The notes under the pieces were generated by a model. That model made no database searches and had not been told where the DNA came from. It saw nothing but the letters and a program-made list of their open reading frames with translations. A DNA stretch of 64,000 bases from Cyanobacteriota bacterium (lineage in GTDB: Bacteria; Cyanobacteriota; Vampirovibrionia; JBFMGH01), in contig JBFMGH010000608.1 in NCBI GenBank assembly GCA_040752795.1, forward strand, positions 110,325-174,324, given 5' to 3'. Each line of letters opens with the position of its first letter. Within the stretch, counting starts at the first letter, position 1. A program made the translations under genes and the position numbers. This document shows, in pieces, positions 37,640-48,354 of this stretch.

Positions 37640-39565
37640 TTAAATGGAACCTAAAAATTCTTCGATCTCTTCTAATGAGTTTACAATAGGGCTTTTAGGC
37701 AGACTGTTTAATATAATCTGACCGTATGCTTTGGTAAGCAAACGTGGGTCTAGGATACTGACCATGCCTGTATCATTTTTGGATCGTATTAATCTGCCAA
37801 ATCCCTGCTTGAGTTTTAATGTGGCTTCAGGTAACATATATTCCATAAACCAACTTTTATTTGCGGATTTCATATAGTCTACTGTAGCACTTATAATTGG
37901 GTCATCTGGAGCGCTAAAAGGTATTTTGTCTATTATTACGCAAATAAGGTCTTCTCCTGGTATGTCAATCCCCTCCCAGTAGGTGGAAGTAGCAAACAGA
38001 ACACTATTATCGATTTCTTTAAACCATTCAATAAGTTTTTTCCTTGGCAAATCACCTTGCACTTTGGTCGGGAATTCTAATCTTTCTATTACTGCTGAGC
38101 TAACATCTTTCATGGCACTTATACTGGTGAATAATACAAGGCTTCTTCCTTTAGTTATATTTAATATTTCTATTATTAGATTTGATATTGCCGAGTTATA
38201 TTCTTGCGAGTTTGGTAAGGTCTTAAGTCTAGGTAAATGAAGTCTTGATTGGTTGGCGTAGCTAAAAGGGCTATCAAGAATTAATTCATCGGCGTTCAGC
38301 CCTAGTTGATTTTTAGTGTAATTACAATTTTTATCTACAGCCAGTGTAGCACTTGTTAGTATTGAAGGTTTTTTGTTCCAGAGATGCTCTTTTAGTATAT
38401 TTGATACAAATATTGGTGCCGAATTAATCTCAAAACTGAGCTTATGTTTATTAGTTTCTGCCCAATTAACTCTTAAATCTTCATCTTCAATTATGTCTTG
38501 CTCAAGAAAATATTCCCATCTGCTTATTAGATTAGATGCTTGAGATGTTAATCGGTCTTTGTGACTCATTTTGAGCGTTTTATTGTCTGTGTCAAACAGT
38601 TCTATGTGGTCAATTTCAAGTTCATTTAACCAGTTTCGCAGTCTTTTTAATTCATCTATTTCATTGGCAACAAGCGAATAAAAGTTGCTATCAGGGAATA
38701 TTCTAAATGAGTCCTTTCCTTTAGAAAGTAACCAGCTTAGAATATCTGATTCAATGTTTGTTAAATTAGATGTTATAGTATGTGGTACAGGTGATATGCG
38801 TTTTTGTATCTTTTGTAAAAGTTTTGTTGAAGCCCATTTGCCAATAGTAATGGTAAAAGCTCTAGTAGCAACACTTTTTATGTGATGAGCTTCATCAAAA
38901 ATTACGTAATCATGGGGAGGTAAAATAGTACCTCCGCCTGCAAGATCAGTAAAATATAGCGCATGATTGGCTACAATTATATCAGCATCAGACAGTTCAG
39001 CTCTGGCTAGCCTGAAGGGGCATTCACTAAAATGCTGGCATTTATGGTTTATGCAATCATCTTTATCTGAATTAATTTCTTGCCAGATAAGATTTTGAAC
39101 TATAAAATCAAGTTCTGCCTGGTCTCCTTTCCAGCCTTTTAAATATTGTTTTTCTATCTTTTGAATAATGCTTCCTTCTTTAGATTTTGGAGGTATAGCT
39201 CGTTGAGTTTCAAAGAACTTCATCAGGCAAAGATAGTTACCTCTCCCTTTAGCAAGGGCATATTTAAGATTAGTGTTATAGTTATCTACAACAAATGGCA
39301 CATCCTTGTGAAGTAATTGTTCTTGTAATGCTATAGTACCGGTTGAAACAACAACCTTGTATTCTGAAGTAGCAATAGGTACTAAATAACCAAATGATTT
39401 ACCAGAACCAGTACCAGCTTCTATTATTAAACTTTTATTTTTATCGAATGATTTTACTATGGCTTCTGCCATTTCAAACTGTTGTGGTCTGGGTTCATAG
39501 TTGTCTAAAGTTTTTACAACTTTTTCAAGTACTTCTTTAATATTTAATTTGTCTGTTATATTCAT
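37640..39565 (-). CDS. dinG: ATP-dependent DNA helicase, DinG/Rad3 (XPD-like) family
   Basis: Walker A AGTGSGKSFGYLVP, DEAH box (VIFDEAHH), and a C-terminal helicase_C_2 region. Confidence 0.8.
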   Translation of the reverse strand: MNITDKLNIKEVLEKVVKTLDNYEPRPQQFEMAEAIVKSFDKNKSLIIEAGTGSGKSFGYLVPIATSEYKVVVSTGTIALQEQLLHKDVPFVVDNYNTNLKYALAKGRGNYLCLMKFFETQRAIPPKSKEGSIIQKIEKQYLKGWKGDQAELDFIVQNLIWQEINSDKDDCINHKCQHFSECPFRLARAELSDADIIVANHALYFTDLAGGGTILPPHDYVIFDEAHHIKSVATRAFTITIGKWASTKLLQKIQKRISPVPHTITSNLTNIESDILSWLLSKGKDSFRIFPDSNFYSLVANEIDELKRLRNWLNELEIDHIELFDTDNKTLKMSHKDRLTSQASNLISRWEYFLEQDIIEDEDLRVNWAETNKHKLSFEINSAPIFVSNILKEHLWNKKPSILTSATLAVDKNCNYTKNQLGLNADELILDSPFSYANQSRLHLPRLKTLPNSQEYNSAISNLIIEILNITKGRSLVLFTSISAMKDVSSAVIERLEFPTKVQGDLPRKKLIEWFKEIDNSVLFATSTYWEGIDIPGEDLICVIIDKIPFSAPDDPIISATVDYMKSANKSWFMEYMLPEATLKLKQGFGRLIRSKNDTGMVSILDPRLLTKAYGQIILNSLPKSPIVNSLEEIEEFLGSI

Positions 39566-39580
39566 ATGAAAATCTACTAT

Positions 39581-40702
39581 TTAACTTTCTACCTTTGTAA
39601 TTTTGGTTTTATTAATTAAATAACTACCTATAACAGCTGTTATAGGAATACATAGAACTAAACCAATGCTACCTGCAAGAGCAGCTGTAATTTCACTTAC
39701 TATAGAATCTAGATTAAGTAATTTTATTAATGATACATTATTATTTACCAATAATAAAAGAAACATAGCACTACCAGTATAAGCAAGAAGTAAGGTATTA
39801 GTCATTGTGCCCATTATATCTTTCCCTACATTCATTCCGGACTTAATTAAATCTTTTATAGAGATCTCAGGGCTAACTTGTTTTACTTCCATGATACAAC
39901 TGGCTACTGATATAGCTACGTCCATGGCAGCACCAAGAGCTCCAATAATCATGGCAGAAGCTAATATGCCTTTAAAATCAAGATCTGGAAACTCTGTCCA
40001 CAAACCTACAGCTTCATGATTTGGAATTCCAGAAAGGGTGGCAACTTTTATGGTAAATAATGATACTATGGCAGCAGCGACTACACCTCCAATAGTGCCA
40101 ATGACAGCACTTAAGCTTTTCATATTGATACCAGAAATGATAAAAATAGTAACACATGTTGCCAGAAAGCAAATTATTACTGTGAGAAATAGGGGGTTAT
40201 ACCCTTTTAAAAGACCAGGTATTAGGAAATAAAAGATCATTAAATATGTTAAAACCAAACATATAATTGCTTTAAGTCCTTTTAGTCCTCCAAAAATTAG
40301 TATTAATAATGCAAAAACACAAACAAGAATTGTCAAGGCATGAGTTCGATATAGATTTGAAATGTTAGCTATAAGCACTCCATTTGTGTCTTCTTCAATA
40401 TCTAATACGACTTTATCACCTTTTTTAACAGGTATATCGTAAGCAGGATTTCCGGAAAGAATATTTTCTGTGGTGAATTCTTTACCTTCTAACTCTCCAC
40501 TCAGTACCTTAACTTTAACAGTTTGTATAGTATGTCCTTCACCAAATACGTCAAGGCTTTTATCTTGGTTATCGTTGATTATATTAATTACCTGACCTAC
40601 TTCTTCTATGTAATTATCAGAGATATTATCTTCTGCTAGAAGGTTAAGGTTGCTAAATAGTAGTATTAATAATGTAAAAATTAGTGAAAAAACGAATCTC
40701 AT
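39581..40702 (-). CDS. YibE/F-family integral membrane protein
   Basis: N-terminal signal or TM segment, a ~110-aa soluble segment, then ~7 TM helices, as in the YibE/F topology. Start set at the MRFVFS ATG to limit overlap with ruvB. Confidence 0.55.
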   Translation of the reverse strand: MRFVFSLIFTLLILLFSNLNLLAEDNISDNYIEEVGQVINIINDNQDKSLDVFGEGHTIQTVKVKVLSGELEGKEFTTENILSGNPAYDIPVKKGDKVVLDIEEDTNGVLIANISNLYRTHALTILVCVFALLILIFGGLKGLKAIICLVLTYLMIFYFLIPGLLKGYNPLFLTVIICFLATCVTIFIISGINMKSLSAVIGTIGGVVAAAIVSLFTIKVATLSGIPNHEAVGLWTEFPDLDFKGILASAMIIGALGAAMDVAISVASCIMEVKQVSPEISIKDLIKSGMNVGKDIMGTMTNTLLLAYTGSAMFLLLLVNNNVSLIKLLNLDSIVSEITAALAGSIGLVLCIPITAVIGSYLINKTKITKVES

Positions 40703-40715
40703 AGTGAAACCTTGT

Positions 40716-41786
40716 TTAAAATAATGATTGTTGATAACCATGTGATTTAAAATTCAAGTGTTTATAGGCAAAATGAGTTGCCATTCTGCCTCTTGGCGTT
40801 CTATTAAGAAACCCGGCTTGAAGCAAATAGGGTTCATAGACGTCTTCAATGGTTTTAGAATCTTCTCCAAGTGCTGCGGCAAGTGTATCGATGCCAACAG
40901 GCCCACCATTATGTTTTTCAATGATTAGCTTTAGTAGTTCTCTGTCTGTTGTTTCTAGCCCATAGGAATCAACTTTAAGCATATCAAGAGCATTATTGGC
41001 AATATCACTATTAATAAGTTCTTCATTATGGACCTGAGCGAAATCACGAACTCTTTTTAGTAGTCTATTGGCAATTCTAGGTGTTCCTCTTGCTCTTGAA
41101 GCGATAGCCATGGAACCGTCTTCTGAAATAGTTACTTCGAGAATTTTAGCAGATCTTTTAATAATGGTTGATAAATCTTCTATGGTATAAAACTCTAGTC
41201 GATGCACGATTCCAAAACGATCCCGTAACGGTCCAGAAAGTGCACCAGCTCTTGTGGTAGCGCCTATTAGTGTAAATTTTGGTATTGGAATTCTAATTGT
41301 TTTTGCACTATGACCTTTGCCTGTGGTTCTATCAAGTTTATAGTCTTCCATCGCCGGGTATAATATTTCTTCAGTAACTTTATTTAATCTGTGAATTTCA
41401 TCAATAAAAAGAACTTCGCCATCTTTCATTCCCATTAAAATACCAACAATATCTCTAGGCCTTTCAAGTGCAGGAGCAGAGCTAATACGAATATTTACAT
41501 CCATTTCATTGGCTATAATGGTAGCCAGAGTGGTTTTGCCCAGCCCAGGTGGCCCATATAAAAGTAAATGATCAATGGATTCTTGGCGTTGTGTTGCGGC
41601 GTTAATGCTTATTAAAAGGTTATTTTTAAGGTGTGTTTGGCCAATGTATTCTGACAAGATTTTAGGCCGAAGTGATTTATCCAAAGTTCTGTCAATACTG
41701 GTTTCTTTGGTTACTATGTTTCTGTTTCTTTTCTTTTTATCATTATCTTTATTATTTTCGCTATTGTCTGCAGATATGATAGTCAA
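40716..41786 (-). CDS. ruvB: Holliday junction branch-migration helicase RuvB
   Basis: [11 protein letters not shown] Walker A, sensor motifs, and a C-terminal winged helix. The N-terminal ~35 aa are a lineage-specific extension or an over-called start. Confidence 0.9.
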   Translation of the reverse strand: MTIISADNSENNKDNDKKKRNRNIVTKETSIDRTLDKSLRPKILSEYIGQTHLKNNLLISINAATQRQESIDHLLLYGPPGLGKTTLATIIANEMDVNIRISSAPALERPRDIVGILMGMKDGEVLFIDEIHRLNKVTEEILYPAMEDYKLDRTTGKGHSAKTIRIPIPKFTLIGATTRAGALSGPLRDRFGIVHRLEFYTIEDLSTIIKRSAKILEVTISEDGSMAIASRARGTPRIANRLLKRVRDFAQVHNEELINSDIANNALDMLKVDSYGLETTDRELLKLIIEKHNGGPVGIDTLAAALGEDSKTIEDVYEPYLLQAGFLNRTPRGRMATHFAYKHLNFKSHGYQQSLF

Positions 41787-41924
41787 TATTTAATTCCTTC
41801 AAATAAAAAATTGTTTTTGATATCAACATTATAAAACACTCAAAAATAAAAAATTTTTTTCCTTGTCGGCTTATTAAAAAATGTGCTTTACTATTATTGA
41901 GCTTTAACAAAGTAGGAAGAATAA

Positions 41925-42455
41925 ATGAAAAAAGTTTTGTTGATAATTATTCCGTTGTTGTTAATTATTATAATTTACTTTTCTTATATTTTATTGAATA
42001 ATACCCCCAAAAAATCTGAAGTAAACCTTGGTGAATACGTATACGCTGAAGACAACTCAGTTAATGATGTCAATGAAATGCTAAAAACATCAATTAATGG
42101 AGATAGACCAGTAATATTAATGTTTTATTCTCAGTGGTGTGGCTCATGCAGAAAAATAAGACCAGCATATGAAACGGTTAGAGATGAATATTCAGATAAA
42201 GCTGTTTTTATAGATGTTGATGTAGATGAAAATCCTGATTTAGCGGGCCAATTTAAAGTATTTTTTGTACCATCTTTATTTGCATTAAATACTGACACTA
42301 AAGAAGTATATGGCTTGCCTGCACATAAAATGGCTACTGTAACGTCATTCAAATCAGTTTTAGATGACCTTTTTGATACTTTTACTACAATAAAAACTGG
42401 CAAGCAAAAAGATAAAGAGCCAGAGGCAGAACCTGAAAAAAATTCAGAGAACTAA
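41925..42455 (+). CDS. Membrane-anchored thioredoxin-family protein (WCGSC active site)
   Basis: N-terminal TM helix, then a thioredoxin fold VILMFYSQWCGSCRKIRPAYE. Confidence 0.7.
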   Translation: MKKVLLIIIPLLLIIIIYFSYILLNNTPKKSEVNLGEYVYAEDNSVNDVNEMLKTSINGDRPVILMFYSQWCGSCRKIRPAYETVRDEYSDKAVFIDVDVDENPDLAGQFKVFFVPSLFALNTDTKEVYGLPAHKMATVTSFKSVLDDLFDTFTTIKTGKQKDKEPEAEPEKNSEN

Positions 42456-43795
42456 AGCAATTCTCCTCTTAAAGACCAGGCTGTGATATCAGTGATTCTA
42501 ACTGTTATTAATTGTCCAATTAGTTTTGTATTACCTTCAAAGTGCGTTATTTTATTGTTTCTTGTTCTTCCGCTGAGAATAGTTTTGCCTTCTTTCTCTG
42601 AAGAATTTTCAACCATTATTTCTTGAATTGTCCCCAGATATTTCTTATTTGCTTTTAATGCAGACTTTTTAACGTGTTTATTAAGTAAATTAATTCTTTC
42701 CTTTTTAATGTGTTTATTTAGTTGAAGGTCTTTCCAGGTAGCAGCGGGCGTTTGTTTTCTTGGCGAATACATGGCAGTATTGCATTGATCAAATACAAGA
42801 TAATCTACAGCCTTAACAGTATCTAGAAATTGATCTTCAGTTTCTCCCGGAAATGCTACTATAAAATCAGAAGTGATGCCTACATCCTGAACTTTTTCTC
42901 TTATTTTTTTTACCAGATTATAGTATTCTTCAGCAGAGTAGTCTCGTTTCATTTTTTTGAGTATCTCAGTATTTCCGCTTTGCATTGGAATATGGAAATA
43001 TTCACATACTTTGTCGAGTGTTGCTACTGTATCTATTAATTCATCAGTAATATCATTAGGGTGTGAAGTTACAAACCTTATTCTATAAATATTATCAATT
43101 TGGTTCAATCTTTTGAGCAGGTTAGTCAAGTTTATATTAATATCATCAATGTCATTGCCGTAAGAATCAACGGTTTGTCCCAGCAATGTAATTTCTTTAA
43201 AGCCTTGATCTGCAAGGGATTGAACTTCCTTAACTATTTCATCGAAATCCCTGCTGCGTTGTCTTCCTCTGACATACGGTACAACGCAATATGTGCAAAA
43301 GTAGTCACATCCTTCTATAATATTAATCCATGCTGTTAGAGCACTGTCTCTAAATGATTTAAAGTTTATTTTATCTCCCTGATAAGGTTGATTTAGTATA
43401 GAGCATTGATGTTCTTTAGTAGTTTTAAACTTGTTTATTAGTACTGGAAGCTCATCAATGTTTTGTGTTCCGAATATTATATCAACGTAAGGTGCCTGTT
43501 TAAAAATGGTTTCTTTTTTTTGCTGTGCTACACAACCACATATGGCTATAATTAGTTCTGGTTTAGATTTTTTCATTTTTCCCCAGACCCCCAGATAGCT
43601 GAAAGCTTTGTCTTCCGCAGATCCTCTTATTGTACATGTGTTTATAATAAGCAGATTAGCTTCTTTGGGGTTAGTGGTGTTTTTATATCCTATTGAATCT
43701 AGTATGCCTAAAATCTTTTCGCTGTCGGATTTGTTCATCTGGCAGCCTAATGTTTCTATATAAACCTTTTTGTGGTTTGTTTGCAATGTTTGCAC
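42452..43795 (-). CDS. miaB: tRNA-2-methylthio-N6-dimethylallyladenosine synthase (radical SAM methylthiotransferase)
   Basis: UPF0004 N-domain cysteines (C..C..C), radical-SAM CDYFCTYCVVP, and a TRAM C-terminus. Confidence 0.9.
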   Translation of the reverse strand: MQTLQTNHKKVYIETLGCQMNKSDSEKILGILDSIGYKNTTNPKEANLLIINTCTIRGSAEDKAFSYLGVWGKMKKSKPELIIAICGCVAQQKKETIFKQAPYVDIIFGTQNIDELPVLINKFKTTKEHQCSILNQPYQGDKINFKSFRDSALTAWINIIEGCDYFCTYCVVPYVRGRQRSRDFDEIVKEVQSLADQGFKEITLLGQTVDSYGNDIDDININLTNLLKRLNQIDNIYRIRFVTSHPNDITDELIDTVATLDKVCEYFHIPMQSGNTEILKKMKRDYSAEEYYNLVKKIREKVQDVGITSDFIVAFPGETEDQFLDTVKAVDYLVFDQCNTAMYSPRKQTPAATWKDLQLNKHIKKERINLLNKHVKKSALKANKKYLGTIQEIMVENSSEKEGKTILSGRTRNNKITHFEGNTKLIGQLITVRITDITAWSLRGELL

Positions 43796-43845
43796 TCGAT
43801 TTGTCTTAAATACAGATTAAAGTATATCACAACTGATTCTTGCTA

Positions 43846-43880
43846 TACTTATCCTTGAAAGTAATCTATAGATTCTAGAT
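43846..43880. repeat. Copy 2 of the 35-bp intergenic motif (tacttATCCTTGAAAGTAATcTATAGATTCTAGAT)
   Basis: 33 of 35 identical to 10881-10915. On the minus strand a perfect TATAAT lies just beyond it (from 43879-43884), about 85 nt upstream of the miaB start. Confidence 0.6.
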
Positions 43881-43889
43881 TATAGAGGC

Positions 43890-43926
43890 AGGGTGTTTTT
43901 GTCTGCTGCGTAGGCAAAAACACCCT
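43890..43926. terminator. Long perfect hairpin (12-bp stem AGGGTGTTTTTG/CAAAAACACCCT, extendable to ~17 bp); probable terminator of the 44018-44776 gene and insulator before miaB
   Basis: Read directly from the sequence. On the minus strand it is followed by CCUCUAUAAUCU, only weakly U-rich. Confidence 0.45.
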
Positions 43927-44017
43927 ATAATAATTTAAAGCCATATATCGTTTACTTGCGTGGATTGGTATAAATAATCAGGTTATAAATTATAAAAAAA
44001 CTGTAATAAAAGAAAAC

Positions 44018-44776
44018 TTAAATATTTATAGCGTATTTTTTAAATATGCTTTTGGCTTTTGGCGAAGAAAGGAATTGATTGAACTTATATATAGCTGAAT
44101 TACTATCTGCTTCTATGTTAATACCGCTTGAATAAATAATAGGCTTATGCAATGTAGGGTTTAAATAGTCTGATATTTGTATGAAAGATCTTTTTGCAAA
44201 GCTACAATACATAATGCCTCCATCATAATTTCCTCTAGAAACTGTAGAGGCTATGTCATTATTATTTTCAAAAAAAATAATCTTTTTAGCTGCTTTTTCC
44301 CAGAGGTTTAAATTACTTAATGCTTCTTTAGTATGTCTCCCTAGTGAGGTTATAGAAGGGTTACTTACAATTAAGCCTTTCATTACACTTGTTTTAGGGT
44401 ACAGCATAAATGCTCTCATCTCTATACTTTTTTTTACAACAACACAGAGTTGATCTTTTCCAAGTTCTTTAATGCTTTTTTTATTTATAAAATTCTGTTT
44501 TGAGAGCTCTTCCAGTGTATATTTATTATCAAGAAAGATCATATCAATAAAGGTATCAGGGCTTTGGAATATTTCAACAAGTTCACTTTCTTTACCTGTA
44601 ATAAAGTTGATTATTATATTAGGGTTATCTTCTTCAAAAGAGCTTTTGAGGTCTTGTGCCAGGGGTTTTAAGTCTTTTATTGTGCCTATGATGATTTCTT
44701 CAGATCTACAGGCTGAAATAAAAATCATTGAAGATATAATAAGGCTTGCTATATATGTAATTATAGTTTTATACAT
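44018..44776 (-). CDS. Periplasmic substrate-binding-like protein (possibly ModA/WtpA-type), hypothetical
   Basis: N-terminal signal with a Cys (lipoprotein-like), an α/β composition, and the length of a type-II periplasmic-binding fold. Weak similarity only. Confidence 0.4.
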   Translation of the reverse strand: MYKTIITYIASLIISSMIFISACRSEEIIIGTIKDLKPLAQDLKSSFEEDNPNIIINFITGKESELVEIFQSPDTFIDMIFLDNKYTLEELSKQNFINKKSIKELGKDQLCVVVKKSIEMRAFMLYPKTSVMKGLIVSNPSITSLGRHTKEALSNLNLWEKAAKKIIFFENNNDIASTVSRGNYDGGIMYCSFAKRSFIQISDYLNPTLHKPIIYSSGINIEADSNSAIYKFNQFLSSPKAKSIFKKYAINI

Positions 44777-44778
44777 AG

Positions 44779-45936
44779 TTAGTTTAGTAAATTTACCAGG
44801 CCTCTTTTAGATAATGCGGGTTTTTTTCCGATGTTATAAAAGGTTGATAAACCAAACCAGATTACGTTTTGAGAATAATAGTCTTTAGGATTAGCCCAAA
44901 AACCTTTGATATATTCAGCAGCTATTTTTTTATGGTAAATTTCTTTTCCAACCTTTTTGTTTACTAAGGCAATGGCAGGTAGTGCACAACCGTATATTGC
45001 GTATGAATCATGAGGTTCCCTTATAATGCCATCAATTGTTACAGCTGTTGGGAGGTTGTCATTGATTTCCCAGTATTTTATTAGGCTTTTAGTGGATTTA
45101 TTTAGATAATTGAGAGCTGATTTGTCATTATTTAATATGTAATCCAGTGCTATCCTCCAGTGAACTCTAATTGCATCATATGAATAATCGCTTTCTTTCG
45201 GGTTTATTTGCTTGTCAATTGTTATGTTGCCTGTTTTTTTGTTTATATAACACCAGTCAGGTGGCAGGTAAAACGCTGATTGTTGAGAAGCCTTGTTTAA
45301 TACATCATAAGAACTACTGACAAGACTTAACCAGTCATGTTTGTTGTCATACTTAGCAAAAATTCTATATGCATAAGGCGAAAAGTAAGAAGGGTTTAAT
45401 TTTATATTTTCATCTTTAGTTGCCCAGTCACCCGCAGTAAGATAATTATTGCCTTTAATGTTAACTACAGTTTTATTCCAGATGTCTTTTAGAGTATTTT
45501 TCGCTTGCGCTAGATATTTTTTATCGTTCCATTTTTCATAAGCAAGAATAAGAGCCAGTGCAATGTCTTCATCAGCATCTGTAGCATTAGAACGATCGAT
45601 TATAGTCCATTCACCATTTTTATTTTCTCCCCATTTCCAGCTATATAAATTATCTCCTCTAGCTTTTAAGTTGCTATTTGTCCAATTGAGAACATTATCG
45701 AATGTATTTTTATCATTAAGCCATACAGACCTCAAAAGAGCATATGATTGCCCTTCGGAAGTCGTTATACTATTGGAATAGAAGTCCATAACTCTTCCAT
45801 CATTTTGTATGAAATAGCTTTTATAAATTTGCCATGATTGTTTGAGCTGTTCGTAACTGCTTAATTCTGAAGAATATGATTTGCTTGCATAAATAACTAA
45901 CAAAAATAACAGCAGCAATAGGAGTATTTGCTTCAT
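44779..45936 (-). CDS. Glycoside hydrolase family 8 (endoglucanase/BcsZ-like), secreted
   Basis: Signal peptide. The GH8 signature ATDADEDIALALILAYEKW fits A-[ST]-D-[AG]-D-x2-[IM]-A-x-[SA]-[LIVM]. Confidence 0.75.
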   Translation of the reverse strand: MKQILLLLLLFLLVIYASKSYSSELSSYEQLKQSWQIYKSYFIQNDGRVMDFYSNSITTSEGQSYALLRSVWLNDKNTFDNVLNWTNSNLKARGDNLYSWKWGENKNGEWTIIDRSNATDADEDIALALILAYEKWNDKKYLAQAKNTLKDIWNKTVVNIKGNNYLTAGDWATKDENIKLNPSYFSPYAYRIFAKYDNKHDWLSLVSSSYDVLNKASQQSAFYLPPDWCYINKKTGNITIDKQINPKESDYSYDAIRVHWRIALDYILNNDKSALNYLNKSTKSLIKYWEINDNLPTAVTIDGIIREPHDSYAIYGCALPAIALVNKKVGKEIYHKKIAAEYIKGFWANPKDYYSQNVIWFGLSTFYNIGKKPALSKRGLVNLLN

Positions 45937-45962
45937 ATTGTTTCCTCATATACGACCTGGAA

Positions 45963-46646
45963 TTACACTATACCATCTTTTAATGCTTTTATAGCAGCCT
46001 GGGTTCTGTCGTCTACGGATAACTTTTGGAGAATGCTGCATACATGGGCTTTAGCGGTATGTATGCTTACCACTAATTTTTTGGCGATTTCAGCATTTGA
46101 ATTACCATCAACCAGTAACTTCAGAACTTCTAGCTCTCTTTCAGTTAGCAGAGACTTCTCAATATGAGACTCAATAGATACAGTGCTCCCAACTTTTTTA
46201 CTGGACTGGTTGGAAATAGATTTAAGAACTATGTTAGCTATTGAAGGATCTAGCCATGCTGCACCCTCATGTATTGACTCTACAACATGTATTAGTCTAT
46301 CAGGTTCAATGTCTTTTAAACAATAAGCATTAGCACCAGCGCCAAGAGCTGCCCATACTTCTTCTTCGTTATTGTGGGAGGTCAAGATTACAATTTTAAT
46401 ATCTTCATTTAAAGATTTAATTTTTTGGGTAGCGTCAATACCGTTCATTCCAGGTAAACCCAAATCCATTAATACAACATCAGGATTAAGCTGTGATACC
46501 ATTGAAATACCTTCTTCTCCTGTCTCAGCTTCTCCTATGACTTGTATTGTTGGTGCCTCTTCGAACGCTGTTTTTAAACCAAACCTGGTTAAAGTATGAT
46601 CTTCAACCAGTATAATCTTTATTTTATCAATGGGTGATTTATTCAT
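45963..46646 (-). CDS. Two-component response regulator, NarL/LuxR family; second orphan in the window
   Basis: REC domain (IILVEDH...[14 protein letters not shown]) and LuxR HTH ([36 protein letters not shown]). Confidence 0.85.
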   Translation of the reverse strand: MNKSPIDKIKIILVEDHTLTRFGLKTAFEEAPTIQVIGEAETGEEGISMVSQLNPDVVLMDLGLPGMNGIDATQKIKSLNEDIKIVILTSHNNEEEVWAALGAGANAYCLKDIEPDRLIHVVESIHEGAAWLDPSIANIVLKSISNQSSKKVGSTVSIESHIEKSLLTERELEVLKLLVDGNSNAEIAKKLVVSIHTAKAHVCSILQKLSVDDRTQAAIKALKDGIV

Positions 46647-47086
46647 TTTCTCAACCTCTATTGTTTTAGAAAGTTAAAAAACATTATTTGCATTTTAATT
46701 TAAGGTTTTTGTTTATCTATAGTTTTAATGATTTAATTTGTCAGGTTTTGTTCCTATTTCATTTAAATAATACCACTCTTCTGTTTTTAAGTCTTAGTAA
46801 TTTGAATAAAACTTAAAGAGGCGCTTTCTAGCTGCTACCTAATTATATGAATTAGCTGTAAGTATTTTATTGTTTTTGAATATAGTTATTAAATTGGATT
46901 ATTAATTCATATATGAGTTACTTTATATTGTTATTAGTGCTAATAAACTTATAAAATAACGCACTTAAAGATAATTGCTTTAATTTTACATAAGAAAAAC
47001 TTCATTATTAGTTAAATCAAGAAATGAACTTATGTTATTCTTGAATGAAATGCTAATAAGAGAAAAAAAATAAAATTAATTTAACC

Positions 47087-47866
47087 ATGGATTTAGTTTT
47101 TTCTATCTTTTTATTTGTAGTAGGTACAGTTGTAGGCTTGTTTTCAGGTCTTTTGGGTATAGGAGGAGCACTTTTAATGCTTCCCATACTTCTTTATGTT
47201 CCTGGTTTATTTGGCCATGATAAAATACCTGTACATATGATAACAGGAATGGTTTCTATGCAATCACTTTTCGGTACTGCAACATCTTCTTTTTTTCACC
47301 ATAAAACTGGAAATGTAAACTATTACCTTGTTTTAAATATAGGTATAGGCATGGCAATAGGAGCCTTTACTGGTGCAGTATTTTCTAAGTATCTTCATGG
47401 CAATATAATAATATGGATTTATATATTTGTTTTAGCATTTTCAGCTATTTCAATGATATTTCATAAAGAAAAAGAACCTGAAGAACTACCAGAGAAGAAA
47501 ATATCCAGATATAAATATATAATATTTGGATTGTTGGTAGGCCTTCCTGCTGGAGCTATAGGTTTTGCAGGTTCGGTTGTGGTTATACCGCTTTTGAATA
47601 CACTATTTGATGTACCTATAAAAATATGTATAAGCTCTAGTACGCATATTGCTTTTATTGCCTCGCTTCTAACGTTTATTGGCAAATCTGCTACCGGCCA
47701 GATTGAGTTTTTAAGTGCCCTTATAATATCTGTTTCGGCAATGATAGGAGCTTTTATAGGTACCAAATTGAATAAAAAAGCTGATCCCAGACTATTAAAA
47801 AACATACTATTAACCTTGATAGTTCTGGTATTTTTAAGATTACTTGTAGATATGCTCTGGAATTAG
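47087..47866 (+). CDS. TSUP-family (TauE/SafE) membrane transporter
   Basis: Duplicated 4-TM halves with GLLGIGGALLMLP-type motifs. Confidence 0.8.
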   Translation: MDLVFSIFLFVVGTVVGLFSGLLGIGGALLMLPILLYVPGLFGHDKIPVHMITGMVSMQSLFGTATSSFFHHKTGNVNYYLVLNIGIGMAIGAFTGAVFSKYLHGNIIIWIYIFVLAFSAISMIFHKEKEPEELPEKKISRYKYIIFGLLVGLPAGAIGFAGSVVVIPLLNTLFDVPIKICISSSTHIAFIASLLTFIGKSATGQIEFLSALIISVSAMIGAFIGTKLNKKADPRLLKNILLTLIVLVFLRLLVDMLWN

Positions 47867-48085
47867 CTAGTCTTGAATAATAGATTCAATCATTGATACT
47901 ATTCTCTCGTGGCTATTGTCTATTTCTTCAGCAGGTATTTCTTCTTCAATTTTGCTGACTAGTAAATCTACATTAATGTATTCAATATTTTTAAGCTTTT
48001 GAGTGGTATCTTTGAGTTGATTTTGATAATAAGCACGGAGAACTTTAATTATAGACTGAACAATTATATAATTTGGCTGGTTCAT
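47867..48085 (-). CDS. Hypothetical small acidic protein, 72 aa
   Basis: ORF only. No RBS checked. Low confidence. Confidence 0.3.
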   Translation of the reverse strand: MNQPNYIIVQSIIKVLRAYYQNQLKDTTQKLKNIEYINVDLLVSKIEEEIPAEEIDNSHERIVSMIESIIQD

Positions 48086-48354
48086 CGTGCCTCCTGGCTT
48101 GTTTTACCTGATTCTTAGGTGAAATAAATTCTTGTTCTACTTTAATAATAAAGTACTTTTTCCCTACTTTGAATACAACTTTAGTTTAAAAAACATGGTA
48201 CTTTTGCTCTAACTTTTAGGAATTATTCCTAAAAATACCAAAGCATTATTGAAAAGTAGTAGTATGTTTATATACTACTTAGCCTGTATTTATAAGTAAT
48301 AAAGAGAATAATTAGAATAATTCTTTAGACGAATTAGAAAATAATAAGTTCTTT

